Assembly (NCBI GenBank): GCA_002104905.1
Contig: MCFE01000361.1
Coordinates: 1 to 64,000, forward strand
DNA length: 64,000 bases
Reading direction: 5' to 3'
Source: Basidiobolus meristosporus CBS 931.73
Lineage: Eukaryota > Fungi > Basidiobolomycota
Below the pieces are notes generated by a model, which was not told the DNA's origin, ran no database searches, and was given only the letters and a program-made list of their open reading frames with translations. Both the position numbers and the translations under genes were made by a program. Below are positions 12,621 to 24,455 of this stretch, piece by piece (the stretch's first letter is position 1; every line of letters starts with the position of its first letter).

Positions 12621-13915
12621 CTATTCCTCCTCTTCCTCCTCCTCCTCCTCCTCCGCCTCCTCATCCGAGTTCTCCTCTTCTGCTTCTGAGCCTTCCTCTT
12701 CGTCGTTGCTCTGGTTCAACTCCTCTTTCTTAGAAATAGGCTTGTACTTGTAGCCCAGCACAGCATCAACGCATGTGAGACGCACTTGAGCGTTGTATTC
12801 ACCGATCGAAGAAAATACGTCGATCTTTTCCTGAACTCCCTTCAGTATTTCACTCAAATTCCACACCTTCATCATGCCATCGGAAGAGATGGAAATGATC
12901 AAAGGAATGGAGGCTGCGTCAGATTGCGATTTCAAACTCTCGATGATAGTGAGGTCCTTGATACGGCTGGAATGTCCCTTGAGACTGGCTAGGAGCTCTC
13001 CACTGGAGACTGAGTAAATGCGTATCACTCGATCCTCGCTACCTGCAATGATATAATCTTCTCCAGCATGTTGGTAGTATTTCATGGATGTGAATCGGGA
13101 TCGGTTCTCGAACTTTTGGACTGCTTCGGCATCCGCTGCGTTGTAGACTTCTATTTCCCTAGCATAAAGAATTGCATATTGCTGACCATCCTTGTTCCAT
13201 TCAATAACCTCTCCCTCTACAAAGCAAAGCATCAGTAAATATCTCTTCTCGATAGTAACTCTATATTCCTCAAGTACCTCGGCCAAGTTTTGTAGCTGTG
13301 CCTTTGTGGCCATTGAGAAGATTCCACATTCTCAATGTTCTGTCGTTTGAAACAGAGAGGGCCAGTTTACCGGAAGGATGGACTGAGATACTGTTCACGC
13401 GGCCTCTGTAGCAGAATTAGCTATTAGTATTCAGGTTCTCCAAAATAACAATATGCTTGACAACTAACTTGTGTCCCTTCATGGTCTTCAGGCATTCCCA
13501 GTCTTTTGTTCTCCAGATACACACAGTACCGTCTTCACTGCCACTAAGCATGTGTGATTTTCCATAAAATCTAAGGGAAGTAATGGTGCCTTGTTGTTGA
13601 TTCAAGTGACCTAGCTCTTTTCTTCTTTTTAAATCGTACAATCTATTGGTGAGCGTGGTAAGCTTGTGTTAGAAGCAATGGTCAGGGTTCCCAATGAACA
13701 AAGAATAAGGTTTACTTGATAAATTCGTCAGTACTTCCAGAGGCCAAAAATTGGCCGCCAACCCCGACACATTTGATGCAACCAATGTGAGCAGGGAATA
13801 TAAATACAGGTTGCAAGGTGATCGAATCTCCGGACCAGTAACCATCGATGCCGTAAAGAATACGTTCGTATGAACCGGCCACTATACGAAAATCTTCGGT
13901 GGTCTTTTGAGCCAT
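12621..13915 (-). CDS. MAK11: WD40 60S ribosome biogenesis factor Mak11/PAK1IP1
   Basis: FRIVAGSYERILYG, PVFIFPAHIGCIK..GGQFLASGSTDEFIK, YDLKRRKELGHL, SGSEDGTVCIWRTKDWECLKTMKGH, and an acidic C-terminal tail. Confidence 0.92.
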
Positions 13916-14185
13916 TTCTATTAGGTAATAACGGGATATAGAGAGAAACACGTCTTTCCGCTGCCCAAGTAATCTTTTGGTAAACCTTTTTTTTCTTTTT
14001 TTCTTATGGAGTAATTTAGTCATGTTGCTTAAATTTAACCCGTTGTTGTGCTGGTCAAAATCTCAAGATTTTCTGGTGGGAGACTGATTTAGAGTTGAGT
14101 TGATGGTTGTTTAATGGTTGTTCTGTTGTAACCATCCCTCCAGGACTGTGCTTGTATTTTTAAGATAGAGTGGTTTATATAAACC

Positions 14186-16136
14186 ATGGATGACAAAAAT
14201 CCGTCTTTCAACTATCTGAAAGACTTTCAGGTACAAGGCCTCCGGCTTGATTGTCTCCGCATAACTATTAAATTTGCTTCTCCATTTGTTGAAACGTGCT
14301 TATCTCTAGAGTGCGACAAACACTGATACGAGTGGACAGATTCCAAGTGCTATAGCGCAATTACTGTCGATACCACTCAGCACAACGCCATCAGTATGTG
14401 CTTGTAGAACCATGATTTTTCCTCCTCTCTCTATAGCTTAATTCTTTTCTAGACCTCGCAAGCAGCTTCTTCTAATCCTAACCTGAATGTGTCGGCATTT
14501 GCGAGTCTCGATTTGACGACAATATCACCTGATCTTATTCAGCAAGTGCGAAGTGATTATCAACGGCAGGCAGGTGCTACCAACGAAAATGGCGGAGCTA
14601 AAGAAGTGACGACCACCCAGTTACCTAAGCCCGTGCACTCGGGATTCATAGATACGTCTGACCCGACACCCACACCATCAACTTCGCAGATCCCCGATGG
14701 CCTTGCCAACCTACCCAACGATTACGAAGGGATTCTAGCTGCGCTGAAAAGATTTCAAAACCCACCACAAGATCCCAGAATCAGACAGGCTCCTGGTGCG
14801 TCGCCGACAAACGATCCTCGACCTCAGGGGGTGTCGGGTATTACACCAGGACTCCAAGACCCACGAATTAGATCAACAGGCGGCTTACAACCAGTGCCAT
14901 CAAATGATTCCTTGGAGAAACTCAAGAGTGCCACCTCACATTCACACACCCTTCAAGATCCAAGGATCAGACCAAAGTCTAGCATCTATCAACCACAAGC
15001 TTCTCGGGCCCAGAGAAACCCAAGGCCACCGCCGGATCCGCGTACAAAGCCCAATATTTTTCGACAGCGTAAAGCTAGAGAAGATGCTCATAAATACCCC
15101 GATTCGCGAGGAAAGGGCTATGTCGACCGCGATGCGGTGAGCACTAACGAGATAGCACTGGATCCCCGTAGTGTTATCCAGTATGATGATTATCTAGAGG
15201 ACAGCACAAAGATAATTGGGGATGGCTCTGTACAGAATAGCAACGGGAGACGTAGAAAAGCAAACCCGCCCACAGAAATGACCTATCCTCATAAGATGCC
15301 GCGCACGAATGAGCGTAAGGATAGCCATGCTGGTGGTGCGAAAGCGCGCAACTTGCTTCCCGTGTTTGAATTCTCCGATCCGAGTAACGATCCTTCCATA
15401 CCGAAAGGCCCCCGAGCGGACTACATTTCTGCAGAAAAGCCATACCCGATAGACAAGTACAAGTGGAACAGCCAAAACGATGTTTCCGACCAGATCGAGC
15501 CAACCAAATCGGCCCCTGCACCTCCAATCCCCCAGAAAACCACCGCCATATCTCCAGCCGTTTTGATCGAGTTGAGTAAGATCGCCGAAGATGGCACTAT
15601 ATTCACGATACTAGAGCAAATTCGCAGGATGCAGGTACATTTCCTTTACTGGTTCTCTGCAAGTTCCACGCTGTTGTATAACAACAAACTCTAAGGTCGA
15701 CCGTGAGGAGGAGCTATTTGACCAGCGAAAAAAGCTACTAGAAGAGCATGATAAGGAAAGAAACAAGCTGCATGCCAAAGAGATCCTAGGCGCATTAGAC
15801 CCACGAGAAGTTGAGGTGGAGACGTACATGAAAATGTATTCGTGAGTCGAGACTAATGCTCCTTAATTCATCCGCCAGGCGTTAGAGCGAAAGCTATTTA
15901 CCGAACTTCGAACCTTGGACAAAAGTATCGTCGCTGAGATGGACAAGATTGTTCAGAAGCAACAGCAAGCGCTGCAAGATGTAACCTCTCCCCAATGCAT
16001 GTGATTTCGCCACACTTGAACCCACTAACGCTCGGCATTCTAGGCCAACGTTCCACTCTTTTTCACGACCACAGACAAAGACGCCATTGCCAAGCAACAC
16101 AAAATCCTGGGGCTGCTATCCGAAATGGCCCCATGA
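14186..16136 (+). CDS. DGCR6/gonadal-domain protein with a long DPR-repeat disordered N-terminus
   Basis: The spliced C-terminus ISPAVLIELSKIAEDGTIFTILEQIRRMQVDREEELFDQRKKLLEEH...[51 protein letters not shown] aligns by eye with recalled human DGCR6 ([47 protein letters not shown]...[34 protein letters not shown]). There are six DPR motifs upstream. Confidence 0.78.
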
Positions 16137-16790
16137 TACGAATCTTTACCCATCAAATGTAATATTTCCAAGTCATCAGTTTTCCAGGATAATAAACGCT
16201 AGATTCAACTGGTTCCAAAGAGGTACAAGGTTACCACCATCCCCACTCACGAGATTTGTGGGTTGGGCGCAATGAGATCTCTAGACAAGCCAGCTTTCGG
16301 CTTTGTAACCAACGCAACCCAAATATATATATACATATATGGGTATAGCTCCGAAGTTGAAGCAAGTACGAAGTGAGTTACTCATTTTTCGCATTGGTTC
16401 TTTGGAACGAAATCGGGACATCTTCTCATGTACAATGTATAGCAAATCTCGGTAGTTTACTGCAAATGAGGCATGTCTCCTTTTGAATTAATTAAAATTC
16501 AGGAGCCTGTTTCTTTCTTGTCCAAGTCTATCTCAAATCCGAGTAGATCCTTGGACAATCAGGATACAACAAACCAACCCAACCCAATCCAATCCCTCAT
16601 CATCCTCTCTGGTGGCACGGCCGAATGTTTCGGCTCCTCCGCGAGTGATCACCACCCTCGCGAATGCAGGCAATGCTTTTTAATACAGAAATACAGCAAC
16701 AGTCACCGTGGAAGCTGAAACACCGTACAACTTAATATTCCTAATCTCGTCGGGAGGGAAGCCTTGTTGAAAGGGGAAAGACTTTGCGGA

Positions 16791-16880
16791 GGCAGGCCAA
16801 TCCGTAAAACACAGGCCGTCACACACCCGCCACCAGGCAGGCCAATCCGTAAAACACAGCCCGTTACACACCCGCCACCA
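16791..16880. repeat. 45-bp tandem dimer, each unit containing CCAAT
   Basis: ggcaggccaatccgtaaaacacaggccgtcacacacccgccacca occurs twice (16791-16835, 16836-16880) with 2 mismatches. Confidence 0.85.
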
Positions 16881-17274
16881 GATAAGTACTGATGAAACAA
16901 AGGTGACAGAAATCACAAGTCATATTTGTACGGACGAGATGACAAAATATATTGGTGGCACCACATACCAGCTCTGCAAACCCTATAGATCAGCCTGCCT
17001 GCATTGGCGAAATTCCATTCCCAACTGGTGACAAATTGGACGCACCTTCATTCCGCACCGCTGAAACCACTACTGCTCCAAAACATGCCTGATCTGGGGG
17101 GATTACCCGTTATGGAGAAAAAGGGCGTGAAGGTGGAGTTTCTATTTTCGACTGCACCTACTCTCACTCCTCGGTCCAATCAATCCATCAATCCATTTGG
17201 GTGCTCGCGAGGTGAAAAACTGGTGGAGATAAATATGGCCAAGGGTCCGATTTTCTTGTGCGTAGTATGGTCTA

Positions 17275-19592
17275 ATGAGGTCTCTCTTTCTTCCCTTCGT
17301 TGCTATCGGCATTTTTCTGTTATGTTTCCCCGTCAGTTCCACCGCCAAGTTCGTTTATGAAAACGTCACCTACTCCTCCCACGACTTCTACGGGAACTTC
17401 CAAAAGAACGCCTCCATTGTTTCCTCCAATTTTTACCAATTCTCTGGAGTGTTTATCAAAGCCCAGTTCGAAGCGAATACGAGGTGCAGACTCTCCCAAA
17501 CGCTACCCGCCCTGACCTGGCCCAACGGCGTGAAGGGCCAGGTGGAGGGGTCGGTTGTTTTTGTTGATACCGAGGAGTTGCTAGAGAACAGCTGTTACGG
17601 GTTTTCAGCTGTATGTCTTTATCCGGATCCATTGCACATCAACTCCCTATTAACTCGTTGACTTTCGCTGCAGGTTGTCCAGCAACTGGACGATTACGCC
17701 ACTGTCTTGGAGGGCAGCCAATTCCCGAAGCTGAAGGTGGCTCTGTTCTCTTCCATTGGCCCTCAGGAAGTTGAGTTCGGTGGCCCATACGAGCCGTACA
17801 GTGGAAGAATTCATACTCCAGACAATATTCAGTTGGCCATGGTCAGTAAGTCGGTCGGCGAGATGCTGGTGCAAAAAACGGTTGGACCTAGTCCATTTGT
17901 AGCTACGATCACACAAGGTTAATTATTTGTGCCACTACTTGCCATTTTTAATCAATGCTGATGATGGGCACCAACCTTAATCACAGAGCCTGGCGCTTGG
18001 AATATAGTGGATACGTCTTATCGACTTGCCCTTCATCGGTGGTCTCTCTTTGTTCTGGTAACGTTAGCGCTTGCTTGTTTTCGCCACCATCGTCGTGCCT
18101 AATTGCTTTCCTGCTGATACGTAGACATTTTTCGCTTTGATATACGCGTTTTACCAACTTATCAACCTGTTCTATCAAGAGGGTTGGCAGTTCGACACTC
18201 GAATCATTCTTTACATCGCAGCCTTGATCGTCCTCATATGTACGTACAGTTTTTCTGAGCGGCAGAGCATGGATCTGTGACTAATTCAACAACAGCATCG
18301 CTTATATCCCTTGGTATTCGTGGACAGTCCAAAGGGATCCAGATCCTCACTTACGTTTCATGGCTGATAGGCTTCAGTGCCTACAGTACAGTCCAGTTCA
18401 AATGGTATTCTTCGTCGCTATGCACTATGCTGTTATGGTTGTTAACCGTGCTGTTGCATCCTCAAGGGGCCAAATCATTTCCAAGCTATTTCCCAACATT
18501 CTCTTCAAGTCCTCGTTCTTCTTTATTATCTTCGTTATGATCAACTACGTCGTCGTCACTGTTCTCAATATCGTCTGTACCATGGTGAAGTTCGAGAAGC
18601 TAGAGGTCGCGCGTGAGTACATCAACGCGGTCTATCTGCCGTTGCTGATCACTTTGCAAGCGATGCTATTCTTCTACTACGGTAAGTTCGCGCGCGTATA
18701 TTCGTTGCCTGGGATTTACTAACATTCATACAGCCCTGATGTATAAGCGTGGTATGAAGGCATTCCCAATGACCTCGCGTACAAGAGTCAGTTTGGAAAA
18801 GGTGATTTTCAATTGCTATTGTGATGGCCGGTCCACTTGTTAACACTCTCGACGCAGTTGGCGTTGCTCCTTATCTTCGCGGTGATAGGATTTACATTTG
18901 AGGCGATTTCGCAGTTCCTTAGTAATGGGAAATTGGTGTCCAGCGTTGTCGGGAACGTGCTTATACTGACGTTCAATACGATGTCACAACTCGCCTTGTT
19001 CAGTCCAGTGTTTGCTATCCTCTCAATTCGAGGAACCGAGGACACTGCCACCTACGCAGCCATTCTTCAGCGAAACCGTAATGGCTCGTTGTCCTCTACC
19101 CCACGCAACATCAGCACCAGCCAGTCCAACAAATCCGAGCATATGAATCATTCTCAGTCCCTGGCGCATATGCACACCTCTTCCCATACACATTCGTTCT
19201 CGTTGAACAAGCCTGTGACAATGAACAAATACGACCTGGGAGTTTTCAAACAACCCGCGGACGCCCTCACCTCCAGCAAATCCGTATCGATTTCGCTAGA
19301 ACATCTTAACTCCCCGCGGTTTTCAAGAATCGACGACATCTCGACCATCATTACCCCTCTCAACCCACCCCCACCACGACGACGAGAGAAGTCCAGATCC
19401 CAAACGTCGATCAGCGAGCTATTGACGGAGAGTGGCTTGGATTCTCCCAATGATGGGCCTGAGGTAAGTTGGCCAAGAACCGTCGTCATTTCTATTCCAA
19501 ATGAGATTAATCGGTTGCCCGGATTCTCTGTTTCCCAACAGCCCAACGATATGGTGAGTACGGCAACGGCAAAATTCCATCTTGATACCTGA
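17275..19592 (+). CDS. Orphan GPCR-like protein: signal peptide, ~200-aa ectodomain (possibly PA-like), 7 TM helices, S/T-rich cytoplasmic tail
   Basis: Signal peptide MRSLFLPFVAIGIFLLCFPVSSTA. The ectodomain ends ATITQ/EPGAWN. Seven hydrophobic segments appear after removing GT-AG introns, followed by a ~180-aa polar tail. Confidence 0.7.
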
Positions 19593-19916
19593 ACTAATCC
19601 AGTTTTCACGAAAGGAATTCCGACGAGTCTCGTTCCTCGAGAATGACTCCGATTCTCCGAGCGACTATAACAATCCCAAGAGCTCGAAACGCTAGCCTGT
19701 TTCTATTCCCATTCCCATTCCATTCCCATGGCCATTCCGTTCCCAATCTTCCCATTGCCATTCTCACTCCCACCTCACCCCATCCCCAGCTCCCCTAATA
19801 ACATTTAATGTCCAATACACTATTGCGTCATTCATGTAAATACATCGCATCTCTAATTTAATTCCGTAGCACCAACCACTATGTGATACAAACAAATTAG
19901 ATAAAATACAGGTGCT

Positions 19917-21892
19917 TTACTGACAAGGACCACATGTGGCCAGCCAGTACCACGAATTGGTGGCGGTGTTCCCATCGTCGAACTCGGTCACCTCTAACAT
20001 CCGACCACTTGCCTTATCCTTGTCCACGATCCCCAAAGCCATCAGGATATATGCCACCCATTTGGGCTCGACGATCGGATCCTTTCGCGCCAATACTCTC
20101 TCGAGGATTCCTGTCTGCTCGTGAATCCATGAAGGGGTCAGCAGCAGGGGGGTGATCGGGGTGAAGGGGAGATATTGAATGCAGTGCATATACTCCGGAA
20201 GATCCCCGAACCATGTAACATAGTCCACCTTGCACCCCCACACGATCCCTACGCACTTGTTGGCCTTGAACCTAGGGTCGTAGATTTCGGACGATTCGCC
20301 CATTTGCCAGTAAACTCGGGAGGATCGGAGCTCAGTAGAAAGAAGAAACTGTCCGGCCTCTTGGAGGTCCCGGTCTTCCCAGGCCAGGCCCAGCAGATAC
20401 ACAGCGTAGTATGCGTTCACCGCCTCCGAGGTGGACTCTTGGTTTCTTGCGTCCGCGAATTCGAATAGCCCCGACGCCCAGGAGTGGCCGTCGTATACAT
20501 CTTTGTGGCGAAATCGAGGGAACATCGGGTCTTCATGGAAGGGATTTGCGTAATCCTTGAGTATGGCAAGGATGGGCACACGATACGCATCCAACCAGCC
20601 TCGGTCATATCGGCCAACCACCGCGATAGCGTAGATGAAGTACCCGTAATGATAATGATGATCGTTATACCACCCATTCCCGAAATCCGCCCCACGGTCT
20701 CCCAGGCCTTGCATCGAAACAATCCCCTTCCAGGTGAGATCGTAGACCAAAGGATTTCTATTTCCCCCGGTGAGCCATGGCTCGAGGGCCCGCTTCAGAT
20801 TGCCAACGACCTCGGCGATGAGCTCGGATCGGCCAATCTGTTCGGCGATCAGGGCTAGCCTGGCCATCTTGGCCACTCCTTTGCCAAAGAAGTATGGATC
20901 GGGGGCTGGTGAATGGTGATGGGTTTTCACATCTTTCTCCAGGTTGGCCTCGATCCTGTCCAGGAACTTTCGATCGATCGGCTGCCCCGAAAACCAACCA
21001 GTCTTGACCAGCGGTTCTCTCGCGAACCAGGTATTACCCTCGATGGCGCCCATTACTCCCTTGATGCAACTGAGCCCAGGCAGATGTATATATCGAGGGT
21101 TCTCCAGCACTTCTCGATGATGCGGTAAGGTCAGCATCAATAATCTACCTTCCCCGTAGGTCATGAAGTTGTACTGAATCCTGAGGTATTCCAGGTCCAT
21201 CTCATAGATTACTCTCCCGCCTACAGGCACGCAAGTGGAGTACTGAGTGAGAGTATGAAAGTTTTGTTGGACGTCGTCGGGGACGTATGCCAGCCGGAGG
21301 TACCCACTGAACACACCAGTCGTATGGAGTTGGTTGCCCGACTGCTCCCAGAAAACCGGCACCTCGGTGAATATGCTCCAGTGCTGACCGTTATTCAGTC
21401 GAACCAGAAGTCTCCGGTTATCCGGGAACCGGACCACTTCCAGAATGGCGTGGATGGTGCTGAGAATCGGGCAGCCTTGGGTCACATAAAAGCTTTGATA
21501 GGGGGTTCCCTTGACGAACCAGGCTCTCAGGCTCGCCCCTTGTCTACCCGCGTAGTCAATGGATGCCGAGAACTCATCGTGGTAGATGAGCCCACTCTTC
21601 ACCATCCCCTCAACACGCAGAAGCCACGTGTTATGAAAGGGACTGATGATGAATTTCTCGTGCGCCTCTCGCGAGGGATAGCAGACCGCCACCTCGGCCA
21701 AGCTGCTCTTACGTGGTACGGGTATGGGGTGATGGTTTCTTGGGTACTGTTGAGTACCAGGTTCTCCCACCAGGTGTTCGTGGGATAAGGGCCCGTTTTG
21801 AAGTTATTCCATTGGGCGGAGAGGGCCTCGGGGTGCTCCCGTTTCTCAAGGGGCAACGAAGACGGCTCGAACCACTCTCTGATACGTGACAT
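19917..21892 (-). CDS. GH81 endo-1,3(4)-beta-glucanase, intronless, with a one-base frameshift near 21697
   Basis: PYPTNTWWENLVL, DPYFFGKGVAKMARLALIA, DFGNGWYNDHHYHYGY, HSWASGLF, and catalytic NQESTSEAVNAYY. The N-terminal ORF (21892 start) and main ORF (ending 19917) are offset by one base. Confidence 0.88.
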
Positions 21893-22088
21893 GGGTGTCA
21901 GAGGGAACTTGGCGGATGATTGATATGGGCCCAGAAATCATTGACGTCACGGAATTCGGGTCATGATTCTGGGATTTATTAGTGTATACAGTCGGGGAGG
22001 GGATACGTTTAACCTACGTTGCTATACAAATAGGAAACCTGGCAGATCGAAGGAATTAGGTGGAGAGATGGGGGAGGGGTGTATCGTA

Positions 22089-24230
22089 TTAAGAAAAGAG
22101 TTCAGTAGCGTCGAAGACCTCGAAGCTCATCTGGGTGTGACGTTTGGACTTGTCTTTCTTGGTGGTTGGTTGGAAGATGCTGAGAATACTCTGCCCGATT
22201 GGGAACTTGCTTCCGCTCAATCGGTTCTTCTCCTTCTCCTCCTCCTCCTTGCCGAAGTACTCGGTTAACTTCGAGTCCGACAGGGACATGGTTAGTGTGG
22301 GGACTTGCAGTTCCACGGATTGTCTGGCGGAGGCGATGGTGGTGGGTTGTTGGGGTTCGGTGTCAATTAAGATATCTGCAGCCTAAGGAGGATTTCTGGT
22401 GAATAGTACGTTCCCATGGTGTATGTGATGATGCCTCTAACCTGAACTGAGATAAGCTCCTGTATGGAAGGAGCATCTAACGGAGCCGCCTTCTTTTTCT
22501 GTGAATTCGATAGGTTAGAGATCAGAGAAAAGCACCATGATCAATGGTTGGTGCGTACCTTCTTCTTCTTGAGGTTTAACGAGGTGAGATGTCTCTCTTC
22601 GTTCACTGAATCTGCCCACTGGAATCTGGGGTTCTCTTCCAAGGATCTCAACAGCAAAGGCTTGGAGCGGAGATGCTCATTACTGGCAATCGATCAGCTA
22701 TGTGGTGGCATGGGCACGTATGGAACAATAAAGCATACCTTGGGCTATTCTGTACCAGGCCTTCGAGGGACGCAGGTGTTTGAGGTGTGGCGAATATGGT
22801 TGGAATCGTGGAGTTCCATTTCTTACAGATCAGGTCAGGTTCGAATTGAGGTTCCTGCGCGGGACCGCTGAGTTAGCATGCAGCAGAGCACTCGATGCAC
22901 AGAAGATCACTTACCTCCTCGATTTCCGAGAAAGTGCCATCCAATGGTTCAGGAAATTGAAGGATCTCGTCCATCTCCACCGGTGCTTCGTTATTGTCCG
23001 AGGGAGCTGCGATCCTACGAGTAGACGAAGTCTCATTCTCATCGGCAGGTGATCCATCCTCAGCAAAAAACGATCCAAAAGACTCTTTGTTATTCAGCGT
23101 ATGGCTAGTGAAGCCTCCAAACTCCGGTTCACTAGCTTTCTTGGCGAGGCTTATCACGCTTGCAAGAGGTGCTGGCAACAAGGAGGGGCTCTTCACGCCG
23201 TCGTGCTCAGAGCTGGACGAGTGAGGAGTTGCGGTGGTCCAGTCGATAAGATTCAGCAAGCTGTTTTCATCACCGCCATTGTTGGATGAGTCCGCTTTCT
23301 GAGAAGCGATCTCTTCAACGGCCGAGGACTTGCCGAGATCCAAAAGCTCTTGGCCGTACTGGGCGAAAGACAATGGGATTGCCGGGAGCTCTGGAATAGT
23401 CACTTCAGCACTCAAGTCCAATAAACTCGGGAGACCCGCCTTTCCACCGTCCCTGGACAAATGGTGTCCGACAAAATCCTCGAACCCATGTAGCTCGGCC
23501 GAGGTTCGGTGTGAAGTGAAATCTCCGAAATCTCCCACATCTTGTTCCTCGCTCGTTCCACCTAACATCCCCGCCAGGGAGGCCGAGTTTGACCATGGAT
23601 TCATGTCTTTTGCCTCCGGGTCCTCCTGAGAATGAGTATGAATTGGCAGCATATTCATTGTCGGGAGCTTCGGGGAAATCTTGCCGAGGATTTGAGTCGG
23701 TTGGGTAAAGGAGTCTACTAGCTTACTGTTATTTCCTATGTAAGAAGCTGGCTTAGTATAGGTGGAAAGTGAAAACGGGTTGTTAAGGGCCTGACTATAC
23801 GCCCGAAGTCCCCGCTTGGCGCTAGCCCTTGAGAAACTATGAATCGAAGCCAAGTACCTTGGTTGCCAAGCAAATCAAACGACCAGTCATCATCAAGCAG
23901 ACTAAGCTTCTTCAAGCCTGTACTCAAGTTTGCTTGAGACGGAAGGGCAGATTTTGGGCTTTCCGCTGGTTTCTCGGAAGCCGGGATAGAGAAATCCAAC
24001 AAGGAATCGCTCTGGTTTCCAGCAGTATGGGCCGGTGTAGATAAAGAGAATCCACCTGTGCTTCCCCAGATATCATCGCCGTCCACTTGGAGCGGCGTCT
24101 GCATGCCCCCACTGGGCTTCTCCCCACTCAAGAAATCCTCGAATTCATCGGTCTCTTCAAACTTCGTGCAATACTCTCCAAAGTCTAGGTCAACCAAGTC
24201 ATGCGTAGGGTTGGTTGACGAGGGATTCAT
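22089..24230 (-). CDS. Aftiphilin/Laa2-like AP-1 and clathrin accessory protein
   Basis: Acidic disordered protein with gamma-ear-type motifs (DFGEY, DFGDF, EFGGF, SFGSF), clathrin-box-like LVDLD, LLDLS and LLNLID, and a C-terminal FQWADSVNEERHLTSLNL resembling the aftiphilin conserved motif. Confidence 0.62.
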
Positions 24231-24455
24231 AGTCTCCAAACTCCTAATGTCGCACCTCAAACTTGGTTCATTCTTCGGTGTCGAAGCTTGAGTTTAGTTC
24301 ACCAAATTGTGGACCCTTATTCAAGCCCCCTCCCCTACTCATCATCATCCCTTTCCCTTTCCTCTCCGGTAACCGGATAATATAAATGCAATCAGATCCA
24401 GTAAAAAACTCTCCAACAGAGCCAGTTTATTCCAGAATGCCATGCAACAAAAAAT

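Noticed and set aside
12621-12700. (CCT)n/(GAG)n microsatellite and the plus-strand poly-Pro ORF 12461-12733
   Set aside because: It encodes the acidic tail of Mak11 on the minus strand; the plus-strand ORF is its shadow.
16791-16880. Direct repeats as a CRISPR array
   Set aside because: Only two adjacent units with no spacers and no cas genes, in eukaryotic DNA. The same applies to 8392-8464.
19695-19800. Degenerate (ATTCCC)n tract between convergent genes
   Set aside because: A short low-complexity 3'-UTR sequence with no telomere-like regularity.
19915-21790. Long antisense ORFs over GH81 and over other GC-rich genes
   Set aside because: They are shadow frames of real CDSs with no recognisable motifs.
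23736-23862. Apparent frameshift between ORFs 23736-24260 and 22873-23853
   Set aside because: A GT..ctaag..AG intron (about 23736-23862) joins them in frame. A similar apparent shift near 22860 is resolved by the acceptor ccgcgcag.
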